Shown in pieces: positions 15,992-25,651 of a stretch of DNA of 64,000 nt; the stretch's first letter is position 1, and the number at the start of each line of letters is the position of its first letter. A model generated the notes under the pieces. It ran no database searches. It had not been told where the DNA came from and saw only the letters and a list, made by a program, of their open reading frames with translations. Source of the stretch: Gemmatimonadota bacterium (lineage in GTDB: Bacteria; Gemmatimonadota; Gemmatimonadetes; Gemmatimonadales; GWC2-71-9); NCBI GenBank assembly GCA_041487875.1, contig JBGPOE010000003.1:12398-76397 (forward strand), read 5' to 3'. Position numbers and translations under genes: made by a program.

Positions 15992-17212
15992 GTGGCCGGG
16001 GCGGCGGTGGGGGCGAAGATCGATTGGCGCGACGGGCGCTGGGTGGTTCCCGACGCGCCCATCATTCCGTTCATCGAAGGCGACGGCACCGGGGCCGACA
16101 TCTGGCGCGCCGCGCAGCGCGTGTTCGACGCGGCGGTGGCCAAGACGTCCGGCGGCAAGCGCCGCATCGTGTGGCGCGAGGTCCTGGCCGGCGAGAAGTC
16201 CTTCAAGGCCAACGGGAGCTGGCTCCCCGACGAGACGCTCGCCACCATCCGCGAGCACCGCGTGGCCATCAAGGGCCCGCTCACGACGCCCGTGGGCGGC
16301 GGCATTCGCTCGCTCAACGTGGCGCTCCGTCAGGTGCTCGACCTCTACGCCTGCGTACGGCCGGTGCGTTGGTTCAAGGGCGTGCCCAGCCCGGTCAAAG
16401 AGCCCGCCAAGCTCGACGTGGTCATCTTCCGCGAAAACATCGAAGACGTGTACGCCGGGATCGAATACGAAGCGGGCAGCGACCAGGCGAACCGGCTGCG
16501 CCAGTTTCTCGTCGCCGAGCTCGGCGCCAAGATCCGCGAGCAGAGCGCGCTGGGCATCAAGCCCATGTCGAAGTTCGGCTCGCAGCGGCTGGTAGTGAAG
16601 GCGATCCAATACGCGCTCGACAACGGCAAGCCGTCGGTGACGCTCGTCCACAAGGGCAACATCATGAAGTTCACCGAGGGCGCCTTCCGCGACTGGGGCT
16701 ACGAGGTCGCGAAACAACAATTCGGTGCGCAAACGATCACCGAAGCGGATGCGGGAAGCGGGAAGCGAGAAGCGGGAAGGGTGCTGATCAAGGACCGCAT
16801 CGCCGACGCGATGTTCCAGCAAGTCTTGTTGCGCCCCGACGAATACTCGGTGCTCGCGACGCCGAATCTGAACGGCGACTATCTGTCCGACGCCTGCGCC
16901 GCTCAAGTGGGTGGCCTGGGCATGGCGCCAGGCGCCAACATCGGCGACGGCTTCGCCGTGTTCGAAGCGACGCACGGCACGGCACCCAAGTACGCGGGTC
17001 AAAACAAGATCAACCCCGGCAGCGTCATTCTCTCGGGCGCCATGCTGTTCGACGAGATCGGCTGGAAGGACGCCGGCACGGCGATCCGGCGCGGCATCGA
17101 GGGCGCTCTCGCCGCCAAACGGGTCACCTACGACCTCGCCCGCCAGATGCCCGGAGCCACCGAGGTCTCGACCTCTGCCTTCGGCGACGCCATTATCGAG
17201 CACCTCGCATGA
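15992..17212 (+). CDS. icd: NADP-dependent isocitrate dehydrogenase (prokaryotic homodimeric type)
   Basis: ORF 15590..17212 trimmed to in-frame GTG 15992 (or 16007), just after the gltA stop. [16 protein letters not shown] and [27 protein letters not shown] align with E. coli Icd as I recall it. Confidence 0.9.
   Translation: MAGAAVGAKIDWRDGRWVVPDAPIIPFIEGDGTGADIWRAAQRVFDAAVAKTSGGKRRIVWREVLAGEKSFKANGSWLPDETLATIREHRVAIKGPLTTPVGGGIRSLNVALRQVLDLYACVRPVRWFKGVPSPVKEPAKLDVVIFRENIEDVYAGIEYEAGSDQANRLRQFLVAELGAKIREQSALGIKPMSKFGSQRLVVKAIQYALDNGKPSVTLVHKGNIMKFTEGAFRDWGYEVAKQQFGAQTITEADAGSGKREAGRVLIKDRIADAMFQQVLLRPDEYSVLATPNLNGDYLSDACAAQVGGLGMAPGANIGDGFAVFEATHGTAPKYAGQNKINPGSVILSGAMLFDEIGWKDAGTAIRRGIEGALAAKRVTYDLARQMPGATEVSTSAFGDAIIEHLA
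16753..16780 (+). repeat. four tandem heptamers GGGAAGC GGGAAGC GAGAAGC GGGAAGG inside icd
   Basis: Units start at 16753, 16760, 16767 and 16774. They encode part of [14 protein letters not shown] in a loop region that is variable relative to E. coli Icd. Confidence 0.75.
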
Positions 17213-18696
17213 ACAGTGCGCTCGCCCCCCAGCCGCTCGCGCAGATCGAAACGCCGCTCTTGGCGGTGGCCCTCGCCACGGGCACCGCGCTGCCGCCGTC
17301 GCTGGCCGAGCTGGACAAGGCGGCGGGCGGCGTTCTGACGCGCGCCGTCGCCGACTTCAAGGGCAAGCGTGACGACGTCCTGCTGATGTACCCGGCGGGC
17401 GGCAAGGCACAGCGCATCCTCCTCGTGGGAATGGGCAAGGCCCAGGAAGTGACGCGCAACGCCATCCGCCGCGCGGCGGGCGTCGCCGCCAAACGGGCCC
17501 GGATGCTGGGCGCCGCGCGGTTCGCATTCGGCGTGGCGACTGAAGCGCGCAACGGCCTGGGCGCGAAGGACCTGGCGCAGGTCGTGGTGGAAGGCGCCGC
17601 CCAGGGCGCCTGGGCGTTCACCGAGCTGAAGCAGAAGCCGGAAGATCCCAAGCCCGAAGTCGACGCCGTGCAGGTCGTGGTCGATAAATCCGAGGCGACC
17701 GATGCCGAAGCGGGCCGCAAGATCGGCGACGCGGTGGCCGCGGGTCACCGGCTCACGCGCTACCTCCAGATGCAGCCGGGCAACGTGTGCACGCCCAGCT
17801 ACCTCGCCGCGCGAGCCAAGGAGTTGGCCAAGCAGCACGGCTTTTCCGTGACCGTGCTCGACCGTGCTCAGCTCAAGGCCGAGGGGATGGGCGCGCTGCT
17901 GGCCGTGGCGCAGGGATCCGTGGAGGAGCCGCGCTTCATCGTGCTCGAGTACAAGGGCGCGGGTGACCAAGCGCCGATAGTGCTCGTCGGCAAGGGCGTG
18001 ACGTTCGACTCGGGCGGCATCTCGATCAAGCCGGCCCAGAACATGGAAGAGATGAAGTTCGACATGTCGGGCGCCGCGGCGGTGCTCGGCACGTTCGAGG
18101 TGCTGGGGCGGCTCAAGCCGCGCGCCAACGTCGTGGGTCTCATTCCGGCCACCGAGAACCTTCCGTCGGGCACGGCCGTGAAGCCCGGCGACGTGATCCG
18201 CAGCCACTTCGGCAAGACGATCGAAATCATCAACACGGACGCCGAGGGCCGGCTGATCCTGTGCGACGCGCTGTCCTATGCCCGGCGCTTCAAGCCGGCC
18301 GTGGTGCTCGACGCGGCCACGCTCACCGGCGCCGTCACCATCGCGTTGGGCCACGCGGCCATCGGCATCATGGGCAACGACGACACGGCGGTCGAGGAGG
18401 TGCGCGCGGCGGGCGAGCGCGCGGGCGAGCGCTGCTGGCCGCTGCCCCTGTGGGACGACTACCGCGAGCTGATCAAGTCCGACATCGCCGACGTGAAGAA
18501 CTCCGGCGGCCGGGCGGCAGGCACGATCACCGGCGCCTGGTTTCTGCGCGAGTTCGTGGACGGTTTCCCCTGGGTCCACCTCGACATCGCGGCCACCGCG
18601 TACACGGAAAGCGACGCGCCCAACCAGGCCAAAGGGCCCACCGCCATCGGCGTGCGTCTGTTTACGGAATTCGTCCTCACGCGCGCCGGCGTTTAA
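17209..18696 (+). CDS. pepA: leucyl aminopeptidase (M17)
   Basis: ORF 16024..18696 trimmed to ATG 17209, which forms an ATGA overlap with the icd stop. [16 protein letters not shown] and [15 protein letters not shown]17 signatures. Confidence 0.9.
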   Translation: MNSALAPQPLAQIETPLLAVALATGTALPPSLAELDKAAGGVLTRAVADFKGKRDDVLLMYPAGGKAQRILLVGMGKAQEVTRNAIRRAAGVAAKRARMLGAARFAFGVATEARNGLGAKDLAQVVVEGAAQGAWAFTELKQKPEDPKPEVDAVQVVVDKSEATDAEAGRKIGDAVAAGHRLTRYLQMQPGNVCTPSYLAARAKELAKQHGFSVTVLDRAQLKAEGMGALLAVAQGSVEEPRFIVLEYKGAGDQAPIVLVGKGVTFDSGGISIKPAQNMEEMKFDMSGAAAVLGTFEVLGRLKPRANVVGLIPATENLPSGTAVKPGDVIRSHFGKTIEIINTDAEGRLILCDALSYARRFKPAVVLDAATLTGAVTIALGHAAIGIMGNDDTAVEEVRAAGERAGERCWPLPLWDDYRELIKSDIADVKNSGGRAAGTITGAWFLREFVDGFPWVHLDIAATAYTESDAPNQAKGPTAIGVRLFTEFVLTRAGV

Positions 18697-18709
18697 CTCG
18701 CCCGATCGC

Positions 18710-20524
18710 ATGCCCGGTTGCGCGCGGCTGACAGGAATCATTGCCATCGCGCTCGCGGCGGGCGCGCCGCTCGCCGCGCAGCAGGACAGCGCCGCTCGTC
18801 GTCCGGTAACGCCCGCGGTCCAGGACACGACGCAGTGCGATTCCACGGCCCGCAAGGACACGACCGGCCGCGACACGTTGGCGGTCCTGGTGCCGCGGTT
18901 TCCGGCGCCTATCCCCGCAGGTCCGCTGCCCATCGGCGCGCGCTGGACCTTCACGGCCGACTCGTTCCTCTTCTCCAACGTCCGCACGCTGGCTGACCTG
19001 CTCGCGCACGTGCCTGGTGTCTACGTCGCGCGGGGCGGCTTTTACGGGCAGGCGGAGATCGTCCTCTATGCCGGGCGGGGTCCCTTGAGTCTCGAGATCT
19101 ATTGGGACGGCGTGCCGTACCTGCCCCTGGGCCGCGATTCGGTCTACGTCGACCCCGCGCGCATTTCGCTGGCGCCGCTCGAGCGGGTGGATGTCGTGGT
19201 CGTGGCGGCCGCGCTGCGCGTGTACCTCGTGACCGCGCGGCAGCGGTCCACCGCCACCACCACCGAAGTAGGCATTCTGACCGGCTATCAGAGCATCGCG
19301 GCCTATCGCCTCGGCTATCAGCGTCGCTGGCGCTCGGGCGCGGGCTTCTCGCTCGTGGCCGACTGGAACACGCTCGACGGTGGGCCCGGCACCTCCACCA
19401 CCAAGTTCGCCGACGCCGACATCTGGCTCGAGGGGCAGTACGTCCCCAACGAGCGGATTGGCGCGTCGTACCAAGTCCTGAGCTCCACCTGGACGCGCGG
19501 CGAAGAGTCGGGCCTGGTGGATCGTTGGGCCTTCAAGCGCCGCGATGGCATCTTTCGCGCTTTCCTGGCCACGCGCGGCGACGGCTTCGGCCCGCGGCTC
19601 GACCTCGCCGTGGTGAGCGCCGCCGTATCGCGCGACAGCGCCGTCGCCACCCAGACGCTGTGGCAGAATCAGCTCACCGCGAGCGAGAACTGGCCCCGCG
19701 CGCATGCGGAGCTCACCGCACGCTTCGCGTCGCAGCCGCGGCCGTTCCAGCTCGCCGCCGCCGCCGCCTGGGATCCGGTGCCCCGGCTGACGCTCGCCGC
19801 CGACGCCCGTCATGCCGCCTACAGTTCCAGCCGCACCGGCGACCGCATCCATCTGAGCGCGGGCCTGCGCCTGCCACTTGGCCTCTCGGCGCGCGGCGAC
19901 CTGGCGACGAGCCATGAAGTGGCGGCCCCGTCGCTCCGCGCGAGCGCGGCGCAGCGCCTCACCGACGTGAGCGGTGCCGTGCGGTGGGAGTCGCCGCGGC
20001 TGACCGTCGAGATCGGCGGCGGGCAGGCCGGTGAGTTCCTTCCCGATTCGGGATTCGCGGCGGGGATCAAGTCGATCGGGACGCTGGGCCTGACGCCCGC
20101 CCACCGCTACGTCACGGCGAATGCCAGCGTGCGGCCGGTCTCGGGGCTCGAGCTCGCAGGCTGGTACTTCCACCCGACGGGCCTGGGCGGTGGCGACTTC
20201 GAGCCGCCGCAGCACGCCCGGCTGTCGGCCGCGTTCCACTCCAAGTTCTGGCGCGTCTTCCGGAGCGGTGTGTTCGATCTCCGGGGTGAGGTCGCGATGG
20301 AGTCGTGGAGCCGCGGCTTCGGCGGGTTCGCGGACTCGACCGGCGTGCCGCTGCAGCTCGCGGGCGCCACGTTTGTCGAAACGAACATCGAGATGCGGAT
20401 TGCGGGCGTCACCATCTACTACATCATCCGCAACACCAACGGCATGCGCGCGAGCTACGTGCCGGGCCTCGGCTACCCCAAACGCTTCCAGTTCTACGGC
20501 GTGCGCTGGGTGTTCACCAACTGA
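18710..20524 (+). CDS. outer-membrane beta-barrel protein with TonB-dependent-receptor plug-like N-terminal region
   Basis: ORF 18710..20524, 604 aa. Signal peptide IIAIALAAGAPLAAQ; LADLLAHVPGVYVARGG...LEIYWDGVPY...LERVDVV is plug-like; long strand-rich remainder ending YGVRWVFTN. Confidence 0.6.
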   Translation: MPGCARLTGIIAIALAAGAPLAAQQDSAARRPVTPAVQDTTQCDSTARKDTTGRDTLAVLVPRFPAPIPAGPLPIGARWTFTADSFLFSNVRTLADLLAHVPGVYVARGGFYGQAEIVLYAGRGPLSLEIYWDGVPYLPLGRDSVYVDPARISLAPLERVDVVVVAAALRVYLVTARQRSTATTTEVGILTGYQSIAAYRLGYQRRWRSGAGFSLVADWNTLDGGPGTSTTKFADADIWLEGQYVPNERIGASYQVLSSTWTRGEESGLVDRWAFKRRDGIFRAFLATRGDGFGPRLDLAVVSAAVSRDSAVATQTLWQNQLTASENWPRAHAELTARFASQPRPFQLAAAAAWDPVPRLTLAADARHAAYSSSRTGDRIHLSAGLRLPLGLSARGDLATSHEVAAPSLRASAAQRLTDVSGAVRWESPRLTVEIGGGQAGEFLPDSGFAAGIKSIGTLGLTPAHRYVTANASVRPVSGLELAGWYFHPTGLGGGDFEPPQHARLSAAFHSKFWRVFRSGVFDLRGEVAMESWSRGFGGFADSTGVPLQLAGATFVETNIEMRIAGVTIYYIIRNTNGMRASYVPGLGYPKRFQFYGVRWVFTN

Positions 20525-20553
20525 TTGACCTAAGTGCTTTGCGCGACTAAGCT
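20525..20553 (+). promoter_or_regulatory. candidate sigma-70 promoter TTGACC-N17-TAAGCT ahead of yicC
   Basis: -35 at 20525-20530, -10 at 20548-20553. It is only 9 nt before GTG 20563, so the mRNA is near-leaderless or the true start is ATG 20575. Confidence 0.35.
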
Positions 20554-20562
20554 TAAAGTCTT

Positions 20563-21438
20563 GTGCCACGCAGCATGACGGGGTACGGCTCAGCCGACGG
20601 GACGGTGCTCGGCGGGCGGCTGCGGATCGAGATCCGCACCGTCAACCACCGGTATTTCAACCCCCAGTTGAAGCTGCCACCGGACCTGGCGGGCATCGAA
20701 GGCGAGCTGCGCGAGCGGCTGCGGCAGCGGCTCGAGCGCGGCCACGTGGCCGTCACGGCACGCTGGATCGAGCCGCCCGAGACGTCCGGGGGCCTCGCGG
20801 TCGACGTGGAGCGGGCGCGCCAGGTGCTCGCCGCGGCCAAGGACTTGAAGCGGACGTTGAAGCTCAAGGGCGAGCTCGACCTCGCGTTCGTCGCGCGGCA
20901 GCCCGACGTGTTCGTCTTCAAGGACGGCGAGGGCGCGGCGGTGACGTGGGACGACGTGCAGGAGCTGGTCGAGCGCGCGGCGCGCGACGTGCTGGTCATG
21001 CGCGAGCGGGAGGGACGGGCCCTCACGGCCGATCTGACGCAACGGCTCGACACGCTCGCGACGCAGGCGGATCGCATCGCCGAGCGGGCGCCGCACCGGC
21101 TCACGGCGGAGTACGATCGTCTCAAGCAGGCTGTGACAGAGTTGACCGGGGGCGTGCGGCTGGACGAACAGCGGCTGGCGCAGGAGCTGGCGCTGCTCGC
21201 CGACCGGGTGGACATCAACGAAGAGCTGGTGCGATTCCGCACGCACCTCAGCGCCTGCCGTCAGGCACTCGCGGGTAGCGAGGCGGCGGGCAAGCAGCTG
21301 GGGTTCCTCGCGCAGGAGCTGTTGCGCGAGACGAACACGATGGGCTCCAAGGCGAACGACGCCGCGATCACGCAAGCGGTGATCGTGATGAAGGGCGAGC
21401 TCGAGAAGTTCCGGGAGCAGCTGGAGAACCTGGAGTGA
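20563..21438 (+). CDS. yicC: YicC-family stress-induced protein (endoribonuclease YicC-like)
   Basis: ORF 20563..21438. PRSMTGYG...IEIRTVNHRYF N-terminus and the C-terminal ETNTMGSKAND...ELEKFREQLENLE are typical of YicC. Confidence 0.85.
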   Translation: MPRSMTGYGSADGTVLGGRLRIEIRTVNHRYFNPQLKLPPDLAGIEGELRERLRQRLERGHVAVTARWIEPPETSGGLAVDVERARQVLAAAKDLKRTLKLKGELDLAFVARQPDVFVFKDGEGAAVTWDDVQELVERAARDVLVMREREGRALTADLTQRLDTLATQADRIAERAPHRLTAEYDRLKQAVTELTGGVRLDEQRLAQELALLADRVDINEELVRFRTHLSACRQALAGSEAAGKQLGFLAQELLRETNTMGSKANDAAITQAVIVMKGELEKFREQLENLE

Positions 21439-22085
21439 CACCGACGCTCGTCGTCCTGTCGGCGCCTTCGGGCGGCGGCAAGACGACCATCACGAAGGAA
21501 GTCCTGGCGCGACGGCACGACGTGGGCTACTCGGTATCAGCCACGACACGCGCGCCGCGGCCGGGCGAGCGGGACGGGGAGTCGTACCACTTCCTGACGC
21601 CGGCACGGTTCGCCGAGATGGAAGGGCAGGGGGCGTTCCTCGAGACCGCCGAGTACGCCGGCGCCCGCTACGGGACGCTGAAGACCGAAGTGGACAGGGT
21701 CCTCGCGTCGAGCCGGCACGTGGTGCTCGACATCGAGATCGTCGGCGCCAGGCGGGTGCGGGAGCTATATCCGTGGCCCCGCTCGGTGGAGATCTTCGTC
21801 CTGCCGCCCTCGGTCGAGGTGCTGATCGAGCGGTTGCGGGGACGCAATACGGAGTCGGGCCAGACGCTGGCGCCGCGCGTGAGGCAGGCGATCACCGAGC
21901 TGGCCGAAGCGCAGGGGTTCGACTACCGCATCGTCAACGATGCGCTGGACGACGCCGTAGCGGCGGTGAACGACATCATCGATGGGCGGCGGCCGCGCCA
22001 GCCGCCCACCGCGGAGGAGCGGCGCTGCATCAGCGCGCTGGTCCGCGGGCTGGAGCAGTTCACCAACAACGCGAAGTGGGCATAA
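21435..22085 (+). CDS. gmk: guanylate kinase
   Basis: ORF 21435..22085. P-loop SAPSGGGKTT, YSVSATTRAPRPGERDGESYHF. Confidence 0.9.
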   Translation: MTPTLVVLSAPSGGGKTTITKEVLARRHDVGYSVSATTRAPRPGERDGESYHFLTPARFAEMEGQGAFLETAEYAGARYGTLKTEVDRVLASSRHVVLDIEIVGARRVRELYPWPRSVEIFVLPPSVEVLIERLRGRNTESGQTLAPRVRQAITELAEAQGFDYRIVNDALDDAVAAVNDIIDGRRPRQPPTAEERRCISALVRGLEQFTNNAKWA

Positions 22086-22094
22086 GGAGCAGGC

Positions 22095-22307
22095 ATGCGC
22101 ATTGTGACGCCGAGTGAAGTCGCCGCCCAGACACAGAACAAGTATCTGGGGGTGCTGGTGGCGGCGAAGTTCGCCCGCTACGTCAACGAGTTTCCCCGCG
22201 ACCGCTCGGTGACCTTCGAGCAGAAACTCACCACGCGCGCGTTCGAAGAGCTGGTGCGGGGCAAGCTGCAGTTCAAGCTGGTGCGGCGGCGGCGGCAGGA
22301 GGTCTGA
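22095..22307 (+). CDS. rpoZ: DNA-directed RNA polymerase subunit omega
   Basis: ORF 22095..22307, 70 aa. NKYLGVLVAAKFARYVN...TRAFEELVRGKL; conserved gmk-rpoZ synteny. Confidence 0.8.
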   Translation: MRIVTPSEVAAQTQNKYLGVLVAAKFARYVNEFPRDRSVTFEQKLTTRAFEELVRGKLQFKLVRRRRQEV

Positions 22308-23497
22308 TGGCGTTCGCCGGCCGTCACGTCGTACTGGGCGTGTCGGGCGGGATCGCCTGTTACAAGAGCTGCACGCTGGCGCGGCGCCTCACCGAGGCAG
22401 GCGCCACCGTGGACGTGGTGCTGACGGCGGCGGCAGGGGAGTTCGTGCGGCCCGTCACGTTCGAGGCGCTCACGGGGCGCCCGGTCCTCACCTCCCTGTG
22501 GGAGCGGGGCCGGGCGCTCGCGCACATCGGCCTCGCCAAACAGCCCGATTTGGTGATTCTGGCGCCAGCCACGGCCAACTTGTTGGCGCGCGCCGCGTCC
22601 GGCCTGGCGGACGACGTGCTCAGCGCGATCATTCTCGCGCGCCAGGGGCCGGTTCTGTGTGCGCCGGCGATGAACGATCAGATGTACGCCCATCCGGCCA
22701 CGGTCGAGAACTTGAAGACGCTGCGCCAGCGCGGCTGGATCTTCGTGGGGCCCGAAACGGGCGCCCTCGCCGAGGGACCGAGCGAGCGCCCGGGCCGGAT
22801 GAGCGAGCCCGAGACGATCGTCGCCGCCGCCGAGCGGCTGCTGGGGACGCGCGCGCCCTGGGCCGGCAAACGGGTGATCGTGACGGCCGGGGCGACGCGC
22901 GAGCATCTCGATCCGGTGCGGGTGCTCACCAATCCCGCGAGCGGGCGCATGGGCTACGCGCTCGCCGAGGCGGCGGCGCTGCGCGGCGCGGACGTGGTGC
23001 TCGTGACGGGGCCCACCGAGCTGCCGCTCCCCTACGGCGTCGTCGTGCACCGGGTGGAGACGACGGCCGAGATGCTCACGGCCCTGCAATCGCTGGTGAA
23101 GCAGGCCGACGCGCTCGTGATGGCGGCGGCACCCGCCGACTATCGTCCCCGTGTCGCCGCCAAAACCAAGCAGCCCCGCTCGGCGGGCACGCTCACGGTC
23201 GAGTTGGAAGCGACGCCCGACATTCTCGCGACGCTCAAGACCCCGGCCAAGTGTCTGCGCATCGGCTTCGCGCTCGAGACCGGCGGCGGCCGCGCGCGCG
23301 CCCAGGCCAAGTTGCGGGAGAAGCGTCTCGACTACATCATCTTGAACGACGCGCTCGAGCCCGGCGCGGGGTTTGGAGTCGCCACCAATCGCGTGACCAT
23401 CATCGGCAAGCGCGGCGAGCCCATCGAGCTGCCGCTCCTGCCGAAGCGCGACGTGGCGGAACGCATCCTCGACGCGGTGGAGCGGGAGCTCGCGTGA
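22307..23497 (+). CDS. coaBC: bifunctional phosphopantothenoylcysteine decarboxylase / phosphopantothenate-cysteine ligase
   Basis: ORF 22307..23497. VVLGVSGGIACYKS flavoprotein N-terminus, PAMNDQMY, and the C-terminal CoaB domain ITAGATREHLDPVRVLTNPASGRMG. Confidence 0.9.
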   Translation: MAFAGRHVVLGVSGGIACYKSCTLARRLTEAGATVDVVLTAAAGEFVRPVTFEALTGRPVLTSLWERGRALAHIGLAKQPDLVILAPATANLLARAASGLADDVLSAIILARQGPVLCAPAMNDQMYAHPATVENLKTLRQRGWIFVGPETGALAEGPSERPGRMSEPETIVAAAERLLGTRAPWAGKRVIVTAGATREHLDPVRVLTNPASGRMGYALAEAAALRGADVVLVTGPTELPLPYGVVVHRVETTAEMLTALQSLVKQADALVMAAAPADYRPRVAAKTKQPRSAGTLTVELEATPDILATLKTPAKCLRIGFALETGGGRARAQAKLREKRLDYIILNDALEPGAGFGVATNRVTIIGKRGEPIELPLLPKRDVAERILDAVERELA

Positions 23498-24273
23498 CCG
23501 ACCCCCGGGCCCTGGCGCGGGCCTACTTGGAGCAACAGCAGTCGCTGGGGACCGATGCGGTGGTGCTGCCAGAACAGGGCGCCGGCCCCTCGGCCACTCC
23601 GGGCTCGCGCCCGGGGTCAGTTGGAGCTTCGCCCGAGCCCGCCGCATCGAGCGCGCTTCCTCCTCCTGGGCTCTCCTTCGATCCGCCCTCGGCCGATCTG
23701 TTCGCCGCCGATCCGCTGCAGCAGGCGGCGACGATCGCCGCTATCGCCGAGATCGTGGCCGGGTGTCGCAAGTGTCGCCTCTGCGAGAGCCGCGCGCACA
23801 CGGTGCCCGGTGAGGGACCCGCCGATGCCCGCCTGGTGGTGGTGGGTGAGGGCCCGGGGCGCACCGAAGACGCGACCGGACGGCCGTTCGTGGGGCCGGC
23901 AGGCGAGCTGCTCACAAAGATCCTGGCGGCGATAGATTTGCCGAGGGAACGGGTGTACATCTGCAATGTGGTGAAGTGCCGGCCGCCGGAGAACCGCACG
24001 CCGCAGTACGACGAAGTCGCGGCGTGCCTCCCGTACCTGCACCGGCAGCTCGAGCTGCTCAAGCCGAAGGTGATTCTCGCGATGGGCGGTACGGCGGCGC
24101 AGTCGCTGCTCGCGACCAAACAGGCGCTCGGCGCGCTGCGTAATCACGTGCACCGCTACCGCGGCATCCCGGTGATCGTCACGTATCACCCGGCCGCGCT
24201 GCTTCGCAACCCGAACTGGAAGAGACCAACCTGGGATGACGTCCGCATCGCCCGTCGCATCCTCGACGACTGA
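23494..24273 (+). CDS. uracil-DNA glycosylase, family 4
   Basis: ORF 22498..24273 trimmed to GTG 23494, which forms a GTGA overlap with coaBC. CRKCRLCESR, VVVGEGPGRTEDATGRPFVGPAGELL and NVVKCRPPENR motifs. Confidence 0.85.
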   Translation: MTDPRALARAYLEQQQSLGTDAVVLPEQGAGPSATPGSRPGSVGASPEPAASSALPPPGLSFDPPSADLFAADPLQQAATIAAIAEIVAGCRKCRLCESRAHTVPGEGPADARLVVVGEGPGRTEDATGRPFVGPAGELLTKILAAIDLPRERVYICNVVKCRPPENRTPQYDEVAACLPYLHRQLELLKPKVILAMGGTAAQSLLATKQALGALRNHVHRYRGIPVIVTYHPAALLRNPNWKRPTWDDVRIARRILDD

Positions 24274-25651
24274 GCGCGAGTTCTCCGGCCGCCAGGCTCC
24301 CTGGAGCAACGAGGCGGAGCAGGCCGTGCTCGGCGCCATGCTGCTCGACCAGGACGCGGCGCTGAAGGCAGCCGAGTTCCTCGACGATACGATGTTCTAT
24401 CGCGAGGGGCATCGTCTCCTGTTCCGCGCGATGATCGCGCTGACCGAGCGCGGCGACGTGATCGATCCCGTCACGCTGCGTGACGAGCTGGCGCGCCGCG
24501 GCGATCTCGATCGCGCGGGCGGCATCGAATACGTCTCGACGCTCATCGACGTCGTCCCCACCGCCGCCAACGTCGAGTACCACGCGCGCATCGTCCGCGA
24601 CAAGGCGGTGCTGCGCCGCCTGGTCGAAGCTGCGACCGGCATCATCCAGGACGTCTACGAGGGCCACACCGCCGCGGGAGAGGTGCTCGACAATGCCGAG
24701 CATCGCGTCTTCCAGGTCGCTCAGTTCCGCCGCGCCGAGGAGTTCACGCGCATCAAGGAGCTGATCTGGCCCACCATGGAGCGCATCGAGCAGCTGCAGG
24801 CGGGCGCCGGCTCCGTGACGGGCGTCCCCAGCGGCTTCACCGACCTGGACCGTCTCACCGCGGGATTCCAGCGCGCCGACCTCGTCATCCTCGCGGGCCG
24901 GCCCTCCATGGGGAAGACGGCGTTCGCACTCAACGTGGTGCAGCACGCGGCCATCGAGCACAACGTGAAGGTCGCGATTTTCTCGCTGGAAATGTCCAAG
25001 GACGCGCTGGTGCAGCGGCTGCTCTGCTCCGAGGGGCTGGTGGACGCCCAGCGGCTGCGGCGCGGCCAGCTGCGCGACGACGATTATCCCCGCCTCGCCC
25101 GCGCCGCGGGGCTCTTGGGGCAGGCGCCGATCTGGATCGACGACTCGGCCTCGCTCACGCCGCTCGCGATGCGTTCCAAGGCGCGCCGCCTCAAGGCGGA
25201 GCACGACATCGGCCTCGTGATCGTGGATTACCTCCAGCTGATGCAGGGTCCCAGTGATTCGGAAAACCGCCAGCAGGAGATCTCCTACATCTCCCGCTCG
25301 CTCAAAGCCCTGGCCAAGGAGCTTGATATCCCCGTCGTGGCGCTGTCGCAGCTGTCGCGCGCGCCGGAGCAGCGCGGCGGCGAGCACCGCCGGCCGCAGC
25401 TCTCCGACTTGCGCGAATCAGGCGCCATCGAGCAGGACGCCGACGTCGTCTGTTTCATCTATCGCCAGGAGTTCTACGACGGACCCGTCGATCCCAAGAG
25501 CAACGAGAGCATCGAGGGCGTCGCCGAAGTGATCGTGGGCAAGCAGCGCAACGGCCCCACCGGGACCGTGAAGCTCTACTTCAAGAAGGAATTCACCCGC
25601 TTCGACAACTTCTCGCCGCGCGAGGCGCCGCCCGAGGCCGTCGGTGTCTAA
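24236..25651 (+). CDS. dnaB: replicative DNA helicase
   Basis: ORF 24236..25651. SNEAEQAVLGAML N-terminus, Walker A AGRPSMGKTAF, IVDYLQLM, SQLSRAPEQR. Confidence 0.9.
   Translation: MTSASPVASSTTEREFSGRQAPWSNEAEQAVLGAMLLDQDAALKAAEFLDDTMFYREGHRLLFRAMIALTERGDVIDPVTLRDELARRGDLDRAGGIEYVSTLIDVVPTAANVEYHARIVRDKAVLRRLVEAATGIIQDVYEGHTAAGEVLDNAEHRVFQVAQFRRAEEFTRIKELIWPTMERIEQLQAGAGSVTGVPSGFTDLDRLTAGFQRADLVILAGRPSMGKTAFALNVVQHAAIEHNVKVAIFSLEMSKDALVQRLLCSEGLVDAQRLRRGQLRDDDYPRLARAAGLLGQAPIWIDDSASLTPLAMRSKARRLKAEHDIGLVIVDYLQLMQGPSDSENRQQEISYISRSLKALAKELDIPVVALSQLSRAPEQRGGEHRRPQLSDLRESGAIEQDADVVCFIYRQEFYDGPVDPKSNESIEGVAEVIVGKQRNGPTGTVKLYFKKEFTRFDNFSPREAPPEAVGV

Noticed and set aside
15590-18696. Long N-terminal extensions of track ORFs (15590..17212, 16024..18696; also 22498..24273, 45029..48052, 32262..33296)
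   Set aside because: The upstream portions run out of frame across the preceding, well-supported gene. I trimmed them to in-frame starts that abut or overlap the upstream stop and match known protein N-termini.
14553-20569. Chain of 450-630-aa minus-strand ORFs (14553..15905, 15815..17203, 17128..18987, 18677..20569)
   Set aside because: Each is antisense to gltA, icd, pepA or the outer-membrane protein gene. The translations are Arg/His/Gly-rich with no recognisable domains.
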